Below are positions 29,201 through 36,884 of a stretch of 64,000 bases of DNA, in pieces. The position numbers were made by a program, and so were the translations under genes. Every line of letters begins with the position of its first letter. Position 1 is the first letter of the stretch. Under the pieces are notes generated by a model, which was not told the origin of the DNA, searched no databases, and saw only the letters and a program-made list of their open reading frames with translations. This DNA comes from a virus (lineage: Duplodnaviria; Caudoviricetes): positions 128,001 to 192,000 of IMG/VR virus record IMGVR_UViG_3300010163_000001, one strand, 5' to 3'.

Positions 29201-30875
29201 TTTCGTATTTTCCAAGTTTTTGATTGAAGAGGTTTCTTGATGCCGAACTAAGTGTCTGAGCTGCCTTATTCATACTACTCATGGTTTCATCATAGGATGA
29301 TGTTAAAGACATAACGACATCACGCAAATCATTTCCACCAAGTTTTGCATCATAAAGGGTATCGAAAACTCCTTTTAAAAAGTCTTGTCTCGTATCTTTT
29401 GATTTTCCTGTAAGTTGATTTACTACTCTTTCATTGATGGACTTCTTTACATTATCTAAAGTCTCATCATCAATGTCTATTTTACTAAGTGCCTTTTGCA
29501 TATCTGTAGCAAAAGAGTTCATTCCATATTCTAACGTAGTTGTATATTCTTCTTTATATGCATCTTTAAGCTGACTTTCTGTATTAAATCTCCCTGTATT
29601 CATGTCGTAATAACGAGCTTCATTCTTTGTAAGGGCAGATTCAATTTTCGCTAAATAATTAGGAATTACCTCAACCAAGGTTTGTTGAGCAATTCCATTC
29701 CAACTCATTGCATCTTTTTTAAATTCTCCTAATTCTAATTTAGTGACTGCTTTCTTTCTCTTTTTACCAAATATACTACCGATCATAGATTTAAAAAGGT
29801 CATCACTTTCTGACATGTCTCCCAAACGGTATACTAGATTATTCATTGTCTGAGTGAACATTTTATCTGATCTTCCTAGAGAATTTCGTAAATTCTTTGG
29901 GATTAATTTCGGTAAAATGCCTCCTAATGCCATTTCTAATGGAGTCTCTCCACCAATTGCGCTTGACATACCAAGCATTGTTTTACCCATTTCTAGCATA
30001 GACCAAACCATACTAGACTTTACATTTTTCTTAAGCATCTCTTTATAAGAGTATAAATTAAATCCACCAGAAAAATCAAATTCATCCCATTCTGGTTCTT
30101 CTTCTTTTTCAATTTTCTTATAGCCTTCCATGAAATCTTTAATACCTGAAATGGTTTCTCCCATAGCATTAAGCATTTCAGATGAAGTTCTATAAAATTC
30201 AGATGCTTGTTGATTTACAATTGAAACATTTTCATTTTGAAAGTCTATTAACGATACAATATTAGAATTAATTGCATCTAATCTATTATTTATTCCAGCT
30301 AATTGTGCATTTGTTTGATTAATTCCTATTAGTGCAACACTTGTCAGTTGTTTCGAAGTTGCACTTGCTGCTTTTAATTGTGTATTCGAAATTGTCTGAG
30401 TCATATTCTGCATACCAACAATGGTTGCAGCATTTCCCTCAGAAATAGCTTTTCCAAGCATAGCCGTATTCTTTTTTGATTCTCCTAATGCAACTGAATC
30501 TGGATCATTATAGTCTACATCATAGTCATCTACCATATCTGAAAAATCATCAGATGTATCGTATGATTGATTCGTTAATTTATCTAAACTGAAATTTCCG
30601 CTTTTTATGTCATCAAATGCAGATGAAATGGTATCAGCAACTTCTTTACCGACAAGCGTATGACCTAGACTTTTCGCTTGTTGCTTAATTTGTGACTTTG
30701 ACTCTGTTATAAAATATCGTGAATCTCTAAGAATTTCGGCAGTGGATGTTGTGGTATCATAAATTCCTGGAATTGTACCCTTTAATGTGATGCTACCTAA
30801 TTTTTTCATTGTTGGGGCAACGGAACGAAAGGCACTAGTCCATTTATCTAAGTTACCAGTCTTCTTGTCTTTCAT
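17241..30875 (-). CDS. giant tape-measure/tail-associated lysin (~4545 aa) with two C39-like domains, tail lysozyme, NlpC/P60 and M23 peptidase
   Basis: Gly/Ala-rich helical repeats; QNDPRW...GCGPT...GHIV...NDP; GVMGNWQKESG...GLAQWT; DCSGFV...GHTE; HRGLD...HLH. Confidence 0.88.
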   Translation of the reverse strand: MKDKKTGNLDKWTSAFRSVAPTMKKLGSITLKGTIPGIYDTTTSTAEILRDSRYFITESKSQIKQQAKSLGHTLVGKEVADTISSAFDDIKSGNFSLDKLTNQSYDTSDDFSDMVDDYDVDYNDPDSVALGESKKNTAMLGKAISEGNAATIVGMQNMTQTISNTQLKAASATSKQLTSVALIGINQTNAQLAGINNRLDAINSNIVSLIDFQNENVSIVNQQASEFYRTSSEMLNAMGETISGIKDFMEGYKKIEKEEEPEWDEFDFSGGFNLYSYKEMLKKNVKSSMVWSMLEMGKTMLGMSSAIGGETPLEMALGGILPKLIPKNLRNSLGRSDKMFTQTMNNLVYRLGDMSESDDLFKSMIGSIFGKKRKKAVTKLELGEFKKDAMSWNGIAQQTLVEVIPNYLAKIESALTKNEARYYDMNTGRFNTESQLKDAYKEEYTTTLEYGMNSFATDMQKALSKIDIDDETLDNVKKSINERVVNQLTGKSKDTRQDFLKGVFDTLYDAKLGGNDLRDVVMSLTSSYDETMSSMNKAAQTLSSASRNLFNQKLGKYETDVEKVIDEETLRKINIFTDVGFTSTGKRLDQLTEEERAEAEKEKNKKGIIDKIKDRLKNSGKSKNGGKTGLFANFSDSLDRLANILYDRGNGFYRSSDEEFWNEVNSVISDMSGGSTPPPATSQAIINTGNTSAEKNINKEVSKANKETLKDTLKMDRSKIESNANRTERVMKNLENNKSAKINGTEEDKNSIKAMVLSLHHNFLSPMVSGIFGKDGIVRSFFKDVLNNERVKKIREKLFDEETGVFGGVTVWMKDQMNYIKYVFTGKGYTDSNGNTYNEKEDSVFDKIANGYDRIYKNAMKYWFGDDYEENDTYNKYFKWFDFKAKRDKKRQDRLNNATEEVEANNTDSAIIKEANENKKEETNEANIKLQERYKDAWEKMNPMQQGQLYGDDIENFIKEEEEKAKKKKEKELRDKYKKSWDKMDPMQQGQLYGGDFETFIKEEEDKIRESSSKISSQLTNIANELADSTGDIVDRIVGSEEDIQKQQERSNKSIQEKFKEFLPTGLTGATIGAAVGTSVMFSGSGILGAALLPGGPISGAIAGIGLSMLSRSKKFNEFVFGKEDEDGNKTGGLISQKTQKFFKDNAPMIAGGAVLGAAKGMLGIGQGSFLLNTLLPGGPIGGALLGIGFSLLKSNDKFQEILFGEKDENGKRAGGLFSKENGKFAKFMEKSGHFVKGGLKGLGVGAVAGATLSHLGFLGSAVSLGGPVGMGLAGLGIGIASQTEAFKKLLFGDEEVDEHGNVIGRKNNGLLTKMKNMMVLNVFEPVKNKLQGHTEDFALWLKKKLTTPFKEVAGVIADNIHGIKKDVSDTIHDVFEKVGISVTKIFQNTIGKAFSPLTSALKFVGKRAVRLPFDAMKLSLFPVTAGLNLARLGTAKMRHKALKKEKRAVASRPFELIRGAIDNVKAQSAAYDQNEFNGFFGGINRGLTMVKDFKGSLRNSYNAELQKYEDGLSEEGKNHFKWMSARRELKEAVKKHEKFKKDRKVQSRIDRVRHDYAKKFGYVNGSLDDVELAKAKDELQDAGLDISWIKNNKDLNDLLYNKEDFYERFNPDKDKKKDEEKSFEEMAVSDGLKIQESPDQQQDRERTKKFYDWIKEAITPITEHFKKKDEDNSTEEAVINALENIEEATEANAAMNTADTAIETGASISDLRDATNSETVNRADDIIDARRDSDKKKKRDEKEQKESERARSGGKSYQDEEKDKKDKSKADIKGVTDEDKKTVFGSVGGFFKNVFGVAGKLFTSKTFWKLALGSFSIYAVFGEQIKEFYNDKFKPWMQEKALPFIETNIIPPVKDFLINVKDLVFEKAPKFVADVTGLIIDNMDTIVKTSWDLLYAAATSIGKCLISKVAGVFGFKDPFDKGDTQKFETKEEAQEKTKNARHQIKKYNEDGSVEYEEGYQVDDETGQVTGEEGFDGYIDENGVFHATKKVSGFSSGTLYSGLRAGTKYIRGISRPFANKLAKGALKTGGVIAGGAAMGGIGAIGMIPGMGMASKVAKGAAKGTGKVASKISSKVMGSKATKLAQRVQDAQSALLTAQEGLSAAEQTLKNSEAILDTTRNISTNAARSAEVFLEADVAANKAAVNSAKLAVDTAAKNVDDIAANKGIIKKLLNKLLDGLNKVYTSFDKKITGVITKANWTKTIKELIESLSKKFLESDVKLIRKIGELISTKMTEATARTAADGTGVLALVLGAFDALNGAISAADLFGVAASDVTWGMRLTSSIMEVILGIGPMAYIDIVLEVIKAFFPKLDFKRMLARAIYSNLGGKKQLDDAIEEFDKKVAIHNAKHGTNLTTEEYSNLTNNSRNIFGKIHQGWDWLWSGGGNTQAYKDKWKTQEQDTLTDAEQREWDAYKANNKDAKFEDWVNMKFAPTIQSNNPKESTEETYNGPGPIKISNRQKVLGYGTVMQNDPRWGNIPIGKFPDGTTSTMATGGCGPTALSMVASQLKSNTDPVSVASYAQNNGYIKDGGSTAGLFTKGASDMGLSPTEVNKSSIKKSLQSGEPVIVSGKSSMNGPYTKAGHIVVASGIDNNGNVRINDPMRGTRTEKLSNLTSGMTHGWSYRRKAVGYGAASDIVNISDKASNMYDIYDTTMTAKDAAVNAGIIDATSVHPITLINKVINQFVKFAAKYGDRFAAWFSSRDWSDGIKRFGEKIISMVRRCPVSTISAIANEISQKLAEISIRTGASAAIIPLIIGAVYDGVDGWTSAARLFGIAKHDVTWEMKTISSVLQVLLGLPGASCVDLVLEIISMINPQWDIKQIVARWLYSTFFDKEKLDTATDEFEAQVAKYNAINGTNLTVNDWNNKSNKDAGIFGQVQKGFSWVGAKISGGDMTEWNNIYNLQDTYAITEKEHRAYDSYKANGGNLSLAEWYTDQYKKKGSIGFGTGSAKIKWKPSKSLGFGPGDEDLPWFKYGDDYYYVIEGDNSITYRKMDNRYDLENLKDENNLIKEGTQGRLPDSFYEYLNGNAQAEKEASGIDIKVTDSNGRAIKPSKKTTPGVIATKSAIDLAKLGATVANNAFANYKKAKSNATVAEIYGNSSYYLNTDITSNLKGATLNTAVRMQRKIASGLTQTNGEYGFNRIDFYNGLKVKDIKNMVTYKKDLLSDGRIPLFREVYYLFVDSGDYKDNHVITTSELEGIKGKQELSEMFGGFGTYGDSFEYKNGFPFFQTDDPRWSNIPWRGSTVRFRGGDLASLAMVSSAFGNNIITPDYINSNWLDGRYTGWSSPGTGLNQDTIYQDGGFNALRETQVDGKRLQVKKLESMDSVINALRSNKPVVLTGYRYNGSIFNGFYDKGEYNNIGAFNTNTDWRYTADGKNHPENASALDDSNPDSYGTLVARAAQGDYLAVNDPFTTLEQPSVFNVKRLKDKVGQKNAIKSAYVVTGPNGEGISGPVDFSNKVGGTSDYQSVSEAEGLTGKIGAIFNNFTAVFEHMMDALMGGKEYRSIKEVNPFDESGADNSGIGVAAGATANISDPKVSGINYEKDSVGGYMVDPKANATNKGAAEAAEKAGLTSNDPKTVEEAIKKFQLTEQGIMALTTQFTDELQYAGAPPGTPDYENYNTIVTQKIAYAKKMYEMGMPYSYHTAPKVSGINYEKDSVVGNISPEVKKNAAKVFQQQINTNKKKTANSPFFKNNPFAKPTPSGNSKGPFTLNVGYGIGTGNKAFKKAASAVASVAMTNGLKSNGAGQGIVAMMRNGALSIGKKYGVPSGVNTKTDSRYTVTPKVSGVNYATDGVGGYMVNSPQNTGYTMLTNSSDTMNVDTSNATVSQKLQAIGFAISAQASGDDYEKAKQNALIQLMDLSPDNSGDTTASGGSYALTDANDETGYIWNELIKVGFTPAGAAGVMGNWQKESGNHAVRVQGDFSSGYEKSKEYTKNADANPDSFIHDKKGYGLAQWTYWSRKKGLVDKAHGQGLSVGDISAQVQYFKDELQGYPSLLNTLTTTNDVSKASNDMLHVYEQPADQSTREENERIGYSNSWLARYGGGNNTMVASNNTTSANVSYGPGKSSYLRYNILGKSKAIGYGAPWLNIVQAVKQAIAAQQPGYSQSNYITINVGGIQKSVRTDCSGFVSACVSYYTGQDFLTSSSGLLSSNNSLLTNSGFTYMPWTGWTNLVPGDILVISGHTEIFAGRDGNTNMVYNCGSNSSVNNPGITHSSRSAYTVVWRSPEGGSAAINNLSVANSGTNYTNTNSGNTGSSGVVKAGSGLDALLGGLNEVAGAYNQNLIGFGPGPSNKNMDTPEGYFTNTLGGIVTSGYGHRNSELGSEFHRGLDIGAPYGTDIKSPIEGDVISTGTDVAGYGNYAVVKDNDGTQHLFAHMDEPVGYGPGTHVYKDSVIGKVGSSGKSTGSHLHYELRRNDSHNSTIDPTSYKYDTKKYETEEDIGYGSGTMNTNSQVKEKLTVALNTRDIESKMDTIIDVLKTFVEREEKNNKEMSYNSVTNNNTVVSYGNGNTKLPRTYKTSSSKSDKDYSKMSLTKIHEAIAKK

Positions 30876-30941
30876 TATTATTTTCACCACCTTTTTAATT
30901 ATAATATAATCGATTATAATAATTAAAAATAGCTATTATTT

Positions 30942-30953
30942 TAATCTTTTGTT
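30942..30953 (-). promoter_or_regulatory. late-type phage promoter motif AAC[A/T]-N6-TA (representative copy, upstream of the tape-measure gene)
   Basis: AACA-AAAGAT-TA; recurs before many structural genes; resembles the AR9 late-promoter consensus. Confidence 0.6.
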
Positions 30954-31017
30954 GATTTTTGAACTAATAGGTTTTATAATACAGAGGCTACTTAATTATA
31001 AAAATGAATAAAAGGAG

Positions 31018-31230
31018 ATGTATGTTATGAGTATTAAACAATCATGTTCAAATTGTATGAAAAAAGATGTTTGTAAATTTAAAGATGAGATTGATTCGCT
31101 TAATAAAGATATTGCAAAAGTCCTGAATCAACATGATGAAGTTTTACGTTCAATAATTGATGTTAGACTGATATGCAATAGTTGGAAGCAGGAAACACCC
31201 GATATAGCATATCGTGGAATACCATCATAA
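31018..31230 (+). CDS. small Cys-containing hypothetical protein
   Basis: AAGGAG RBS, CxxCxxxxxC. Confidence 0.65.
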   Translation: MYVMSIKQSCSNCMKKDVCKFKDEIDSLNKDIAKVLNQHDEVLRSIIDVRLICNSWKQETPDIAYRGIPS

Positions 31231-31250
31231 AGATGGTGATTTAATTGACA

Positions 31251-31290
31251 AAAAGATCCCGGTAGGAATAATTTCCTACCGGGATCTTAA
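31251..31290. terminator. bidirectional intrinsic terminator
   Basis: AAGATCCCGGTAGGAA/TTCCTACCGGGATCTT. Confidence 0.9.
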
Positions 31291-31312
31291 AACATGATAT
31301 CAATACATTATT

Positions 31313-31735
31313 GGAGCCGCCAATCGATTCATTGCCGATAGCGGCTCTCGTTGTTTCAAGCAGAATCCTACAGAGTTCTTTATGGGATTCCCTACCCATG
31401 ACAGATTTCCAGCTTTGCGGACTGCATTATATCCTCAACCGATGCTCATAGCCAATAAAGCCGTATTCCATATTCACGGCAAAGCAACCTTCCTCTTATA
31501 GGCCATCCTGCTAATGGCAGGCATTCGCGAATATATTCAGGAGCAGCCTTCCATATAGGTCTGCCACCAAATAATGTTATCGCCTGCCAGCACTTTTCCT
31601 TACTTTGCAAGAATGACCGTGTTGCAATATGACTGATGAGGGATCTATAAAACCCGACTGTTCTCCCAGCCAGGTCATTGCTAGCTAAATCCGCGCTTAC
31701 AATCTATTCTACTCACCAATAGCAATTCTGCTTTT
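31313..31735 (-). ncRNA. candidate large structured ncRNA (~420 nt)
   Basis: GC-rich island with no ORF in the track; long-range closing helix; several stems with G-U pairs on the minus strand; starts at an AACT-N6-TA motif. Confidence 0.65.
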
Positions 31736-32136
31736 AATATAAAGTTATTCGTATTTAAAAAAATATTATACCAGGAAATAGTACCACCATTTCCTTCGTT
31801 TCATGATTATGTATATTGAAAATATTCAAGTATTATATAAAATACAATCTATAAAAATCAGATTATACATTGATAAATATCATAGTGTATCATCTGCAAA
31901 CTATTTTTAAAATAATTAAAATAGTTCTTTTTGATTATAGGAATATTTTCTATTATATCAAATATTAAAAATACACATAATCAATATGGTATTGGCTCTG
32001 ATCTGTATACCATACAGATTCTTATCTGAGCCAACAATTTAATTTTATGTTATAAGAATATAAAAAAAGAAGCCACTTTTTTAGCGGCTTCTTAGCTGAT
32101 AGTAAAAGTCTGAGACAACCCAAAAAGGATAATTTA

Positions 32137-32691
32137 TTAAATATCTTTTTCCTCTACTAACCAATGAGGAATTTTGTTTGAAACACGCATTTCAGCATGT
32201 TCTTTTGTTGTTTTTTCTTTGCCGGTAGGTACCTGCGTATAAGTGCCGTCTTCATTCTTCTGAGGTTTCTTTGTTTCCTCAACTTTTTCTGCCCGTTTTA
32301 CCTGGAAAATTTCCATCTGAGACTCATTCTCATCTGTTACCGGAAGAATTAACTTCCTTCCTACACCGGTATAATCCTTCACAATAGTTGTAGCTAACTC
32401 ATTAATAGCGGCCGCATGATCCTTTGTGAACTCAACTTCTTGAATCTTTCCCATTTCCGCTGCATCGACACCAAACTGTTTCAATACCGGTTTTAATGAT
32501 TCTCGATAGTGCTTTACAGGCTGTGTTTCAACCGGTTCCCCGTCTTTAATATATGTCTTAACGGTGTGCTCCGGCGTATTAATAAGGGTATGAGTCAAAT
32601 CTCTTAAATCAGACTGACTATAACGAGTTCCTCCAGCTTCGTTTACTTTTCTTCTGATCTCCTCTTTGAGATCATCATACTTGTTACCCAT
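32137..32691 (-). CDS. hypothetical protein
   Basis: AAGGAGG RBS; flanked by terminators. Confidence 0.8.
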   Translation of the reverse strand: MGNKYDDLKEEIRRKVNEAGGTRYSQSDLRDLTHTLINTPEHTVKTYIKDGEPVETQPVKHYRESLKPVLKQFGVDAAEMGKIQEVEFTKDHAAAINELATTIVKDYTGVGRKLILPVTDENESQMEIFQVKRAEKVEETKKPQKNEDGTYTQVPTGKEKTTKEHAEMRVSNKIPHWLVEEKDI

Positions 32692-32780
32692 ATTTTTTAA
32701 GTCCTCCTTTTACTTGTATTTTACACATTGGTTTATGGATGTATAGAAAAATATCCATAAACCAATGTTTTTATTATTTG

Positions 32781-33998
32781 TTAAGTCACGAAATTTCCGG
32801 CAACTGGTTCTTTTTCTCCGGATGTGTGATTTACCTGATCAATCATTTCTTTCCGTGTCTTTGGAGCTTCTTCATCAAACGTATCTGACTTCTTTAATGT
32901 TGGAGGTTCAATAATGACATCTATTTCGTCTTCATCCTCCTCTTCGGTACCTTCTTCATCTTCTTCCATCAGAAGTTCTTCCAAATCTCCCTTCCATTGT
33001 AATATATGCTCTAGTGTCCCGGCAAGTACTTTCTGATTCTTTGTTAGATTATCAAGAGTTTCCATTATTGAAGAAAATTCATCATCAACTTCTGGGTTGA
33101 CTCTATCATATTCATTTGAGTTTACTAAAGCATTTACTGTAGAAGATAAGTCCATCACACAATCTGTTAAACGGTTTATTTTGCTTTCAACTTCATCAAC
33201 TTCTTGTGAGGAATCATCCTCTTCATAGTATTCTTCTCTCTCCAGTGGAGAGTTATCATATGGGTCAAAATAATCATCATAGAGAGATTCTTTTTGCGAA
33301 TCCCTCTCTCTCCTAGGTTGCCTGGTTCGAGAAGGTGATTTCTTTGAGGCACGGCGTTCATTCAGAGCATTAATGAAATCTTCTAACGGACTGGAGCCAT
33401 CATACTCATCACGAAGCCATCTTGATCCTATATTGGATTCGTATGGGTCATCCATAGAAAATAGATCGTCATCATCCCAATCAAATGCAAATAGATCATC
33501 ATCATAATCTTTATTACGCCGACCGCGATGTACCAAATCATTTAACGTCTGGAACTGATTCTTATATGCGGTCTTTGGATTCTTAATATCCAGAAGTTTC
33601 CTCAATTCTTTCAATGAATCATCATATAAATCAAGGAAATAATTATATTTTTTAATGAGGTATTTACTCCGCTTCCCTTTTCTCTCACGCTTTTTATTTA
33701 TGCCTTTCAGATGTCGAATCTGATGATCAACTCTGATTAACTCCTCAATAACCGTAAAATAATGATGATTGTTGAGAATAGTCATGAGATAATCAAGACC
33801 AACCATGTCGATAACCGCACGTACATCACGGTTATCGTACATATTGGCAATTTTTCTGGAGAAGCTCGGAACACCAAAGAGATCCTCAATAACTCTATCA
33901 AAGGATCCCATATATCTTGGTCTCATTCTGTCATCACAAATCAGCTCTTTCATTCGAAAGAGCACAAATTTGTAAAGAACATCGCTTCTTGCTGCCAT
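32781..33998 (-). CDS. hypothetical protein with long acidic/disordered region
   Basis: 405-aa ORF coupled to the upstream gene. Confidence 0.8.
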   Translation of the reverse strand: MAARSDVLYKFVLFRMKELICDDRMRPRYMGSFDRVIEDLFGVPSFSRKIANMYDNRDVRAVIDMVGLDYLMTILNNHHYFTVIEELIRVDHQIRHLKGINKKRERKGKRSKYLIKKYNYFLDLYDDSLKELRKLLDIKNPKTAYKNQFQTLNDLVHRGRRNKDYDDDLFAFDWDDDDLFSMDDPYESNIGSRWLRDEYDGSSPLEDFINALNERRASKKSPSRTRQPRRERDSQKESLYDDYFDPYDNSPLEREEYYEEDDSSQEVDEVESKINRLTDCVMDLSSTVNALVNSNEYDRVNPEVDDEFSSIMETLDNLTKNQKVLAGTLEHILQWKGDLEELLMEEDEEGTEEEDEDEIDVIIEPPTLKKSDTFDEEAPKTRKEMIDQVNHTSGEKEPVAGNFVT

Positions 33999-34378
33999 TA
34001 ATCATCCTCCTCTTCTTCCGAATCAGACTCTAACAAGCCTTCTTCTTCTAATATTCGATCAACATGGTGTCTGTACGCACTTGGCTTTGCGGAGTCGAAC
34101 GACTCGAACGCTGCATCGGCGAGTTGCTCTTTATCTTTAGCAATTTGCAGGCGAACTTCTTCACTGAGTTCCACCCTTTCACTAGCTTCGTCGACAGCCA
34201 ATTTAATCCCTTCTTTATCATAGTAATTAATCGGGTCATATCCAATTACCTCCTCAAACGTTTGTTGCATTTCCTCTTTGTCATGCTTCTCTGGTGAAAG
34301 AAGTGCCAATACATCATCAACACTTTCTTCACTATCAGCAGTTACAAGTTTAACCATTTCCTCTAACCTACTACTCAT
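33998..34378 (-). CDS. acidic hypothetical protein
   Basis: GGAGG RBS. Confidence 0.75.
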   Translation of the reverse strand: MSSRLEEMVKLVTADSEESVDDVLALLSPEKHDKEEMQQTFEEVIGYDPINYYDKEGIKLAVDEASERVELSEEVRLQIAKDKEQLADAAFESFDSAKPSAYRHHVDRILEEEGLLESDSEEEEDD

Positions 34379-34572
34379 GGTTTACTTCCTCCATATTTAG
34401 TTTTTCTATATTCAGTTTTTGTGAAAATGTCGTTTATTAAATAAAATATTAATCCAGACATCGGTCCGCAACGATTACCCGACACCTGTCCTCTCATAAG
34501 TCCACATCAATAATATAGGACTTTAAAAATATAAAAAAAGAGGATCCCATGGGATCCTCTTTTTTATTTATC

Positions 34573-35178
34573 TTATTCGTCTATGTCTTCCTGAATATCG
34601 CGTAAGTATGTGTTAATAAAGTTTTCTGGTTCTTGTATTAATGCATTAATTTGAGGAAAGTCTTCGATAAAGAAATACGGCATCCTTAATTTTTCTTCTA
34701 ATTTTCCCTCTGTTTCTCCAGATTGCATATTCTGACTAATTGCAATAGGCGTAAACTGATCTACTTTGATAATATAATCAACTTGAAAACTCATTATCAC
34801 TTTAGATACTCTAGGAATAGATATTCTCATTAAGTATCCATTTTTATTTAATCTTGCAAACTCATAATCATGATCATGTGAGATTTGAAAGGTTTCGGAC
34901 AATGAGAACCATTTTAGATACGTGCAAAATGAATTTTGTAAAACCTTCATCGTAGGCTTAAAGAAAATATCGCCATCAGTCATTTTATTCATAACTGGTA
35001 AAGTATTCTTTTCAAATTCATTTATCAATACTTCATTACCTACGATATCGTCAATTTTTATATTGCTCTTCCCATATATACCGAGTTTTTGATTCATGGG
35101 GGTAACGACTCCTTTTAATGAGTCGTTTGTTTGTTGAGGTAAGTACCTTGGATTTCGTTCAAATTCCATATCAACCAT
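34573..35178 (-). CDS. hypothetical protein
   Basis: 201-aa ORF in operon. Confidence 0.7.
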   Translation of the reverse strand: MVDMEFERNPRYLPQQTNDSLKGVVTPMNQKLGIYGKSNIKIDDIVGNEVLINEFEKNTLPVMNKMTDGDIFFKPTMKVLQNSFCTYLKWFSLSETFQISHDHDYEFARLNKNGYLMRISIPRVSKVIMSFQVDYIIKVDQFTPIAISQNMQSGETEGKLEEKLRMPYFFIEDFPQINALIQEPENFINTYLRDIQEDIDE

Positions 35179-35190
35179 CCTTTCTTTTTA

Positions 35191-35700
35191 TTAATGAAAA
35201 ATATATCCTAATATTCGTAACCAGAAAAACCCAATTAACATAAAATAAATACCATACAATAAGGTTGTATATTCGTTAATGAATTCCGTTTTTCCAAGTA
35301 AGTTATTAGCTTTATTAATTCGAACTAAAAGTTTTTCATTATTCAAATCAATATTTTCGTATCTATCTCCAAATATCATTTCATTTGTTTCTCCAATGTT
35401 TAATGATCTAACAACATATCTTATCTGTAGAAAGTTCCATGCAAATGTCAAAATTACGAATATAATCATTAACATTTCTAAACCATTAGGTTTTCCAAAT
35501 ATCCAACTAATAAGGATTGATAAGATTGCTATTAAACCTGAAATACCTGAACGCATCATGTTTTTTATATTTTTATCAATAATCATGTGAACTGTCGTAT
35601 CTTCTGTATGTTCTAATAAATACATAAAAGGGTTTTGCCGATTATATTTATTCATCATTTGTATCATCCTCCATTTCTTCCATAACAGATACCGTATCAT
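35191..35700 (-). CDS. membrane protein (about 3 TM helices)
   Basis: hydrophobic segments; likely start at MMNKY after GGAGG. Confidence 0.7.
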   Translation of the reverse strand: MIRYLLWKKWRMIQMMNKYNRQNPFMYLLEHTEDTTVHMIIDKNIKNMMRSGISGLIAILSILISWIFGKPNGLEMLMIIFVILTFAWNFLQIRYVVRSLNIGETNEMIFGDRYENIDLNNEKLLVRINKANNLLGKTEFINEYTTLLYGIYFMLIGFFWLRILGYIFH

Positions 35701-35869
35701 GTATTGTCTTACAAAGATAATTATTCATATCTTTTATTTCTTCCACAATACATTTCACTTGTTTTTTAATTTCTTCTAATAAAACTAGATTTTCATCATC
35801 TGTTAATTTTTTCTTACCATTACTCAAACATTTCACTTTGATATCCTCCATCATTATCCCAAATTTCAA
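35648..35869 (-). CDS. small hypothetical protein
   Basis: overlaps neighbours in operon fashion. Confidence 0.5.
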   Translation of the reverse strand: MKFGIMMEDIKVKCLSNGKKKLTDDENLVLLEEIKKQVKCIVEEIKDMNNYLCKTIHDTVSVMEEMEDDTNDE

Positions 35870-36884
35870 GCATTCCCCTTACTATTTGGAAAACACATAT
35901 GTTTTTTGGGTTATCACTTTCCTTTTCATCGATTGATAAATATAAATTATTCCCATCTACTTCTAAAACAATATCAAGGATCGTTCTTGAATTATAAATT
36001 TTTGATTCCATTAAAATAACTTGCGGAATAAATATAGATGCTTCTAATAAATCATACGGTGTTCGAAAGAAAAATTCGTTTTCATAGTTACTTCCAGGAA
36101 ATCCATCCCCTACACACTCATCAGAATCAATAGAAAAAATGGATTTCTCTGAAACATAATGTCTTGTAATAATCATACTATTATACACATGATGTAATCG
36201 TTCAAAATAATCCACATCCATTATATAAACAGTTTCCATAGGCATAGATATTCTATTACTGTCAGATTTCAATGGAACAATTATCATGTTATAATCTTTC
36301 AATATATTAGATAATTCATCGTCTATTTCAGTATCCATATCTGAATCTAAGTCATCATAGATCCTTTCCCATTTATTTGCATAAGTATCTAATCCAATAT
36401 AACTCATTCCATCTTCATTAAAAATATCTTCCACATCTGTAGTCATACCGGTATATTCAAATGTTTTTTTAAGTTTCTTGTCTGATATTGTCTCATCAAT
36501 ATAAAATGTAGTATTTCCATATTCTATAACGATTGTCTGTATGAATAAATGATTATGGAATAATCCATTCTCTGAAAACATATTAAATGCAATCATTTGT
36601 TTTAATAATGGGTAGATACTATAAAACTTTGATTTAGTATCTAATTTAAATTCTGATATAATTGGAGAAGATACATCCCATGGAACATCTTCTTCTCCAT
36701 ATACGAGATCAAATTTAATCCTTACTGGTTCTTTCTTAAAGTCTTTTCTTGGTTTCCTTACCAAGGTATACACAGGTCCTTTTCTATCCGTAGAAATATC
36801 AATTGCTACAAATTCTAATGAGCCTTCATTTTTCTTCTCTTCTGTAAAGAAATATCCATTTGAATAAAAGTATAAGTTTGGCAT
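35820..36884 (-). CDS. hypothetical protein (paralog family member)
   Basis: 354 aa; N-terminal LYFYSNG resembles its neighbours. Confidence 0.7.
   Translation of the reverse strand: MPNLYFYSNGYFFTEEKKNEGSLEFVAIDISTDRKGPVYTLVRKPRKDFKKEPVRIKFDLVYGEEDVPWDVSSPIISEFKLDTKSKFYSIYPLLKQMIAFNMFSENGLFHNHLFIQTIVIEYGNTTFYIDETISDKKLKKTFEYTGMTTDVEDIFNEDGMSYIGLDTYANKWERIYDDLDSDMDTEIDDELSNILKDYNMIIVPLKSDSNRISMPMETVYIMDVDYFERLHHVYNSMIITRHYVSEKSIFSIDSDECVGDGFPGSNYENEFFFRTPYDLLEASIFIPQVILMESKIYNSRTILDIVLEVDGNNLYLSIDEKESDNPKNICVFQIVRGMLEIWDNDGGYQSEMFE

Noticed and set aside
17371-30048. Many plus-strand ORFs antisense to the tape-measure gene (and similar ones opposite other long genes)
   Set aside because: Shadow ORFs from codon bias; no RBS and implausible composition
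31313-31735. RNase P, tmRNA or group I intron identity for the large RNA
   Set aside because: No GAGGAAAGUCC/P4 pairing, no tRNA-like ends, no convincing P7 (R/S) elements and no interrupted gene
32725-32768. Long palindrome ACATTGGTTTATGGAT...ATCCATAAACCAATGT as a mobile-element end
   Set aside because: Sits immediately after a stop codon like the many other terminator hairpins; no transposase or target duplication
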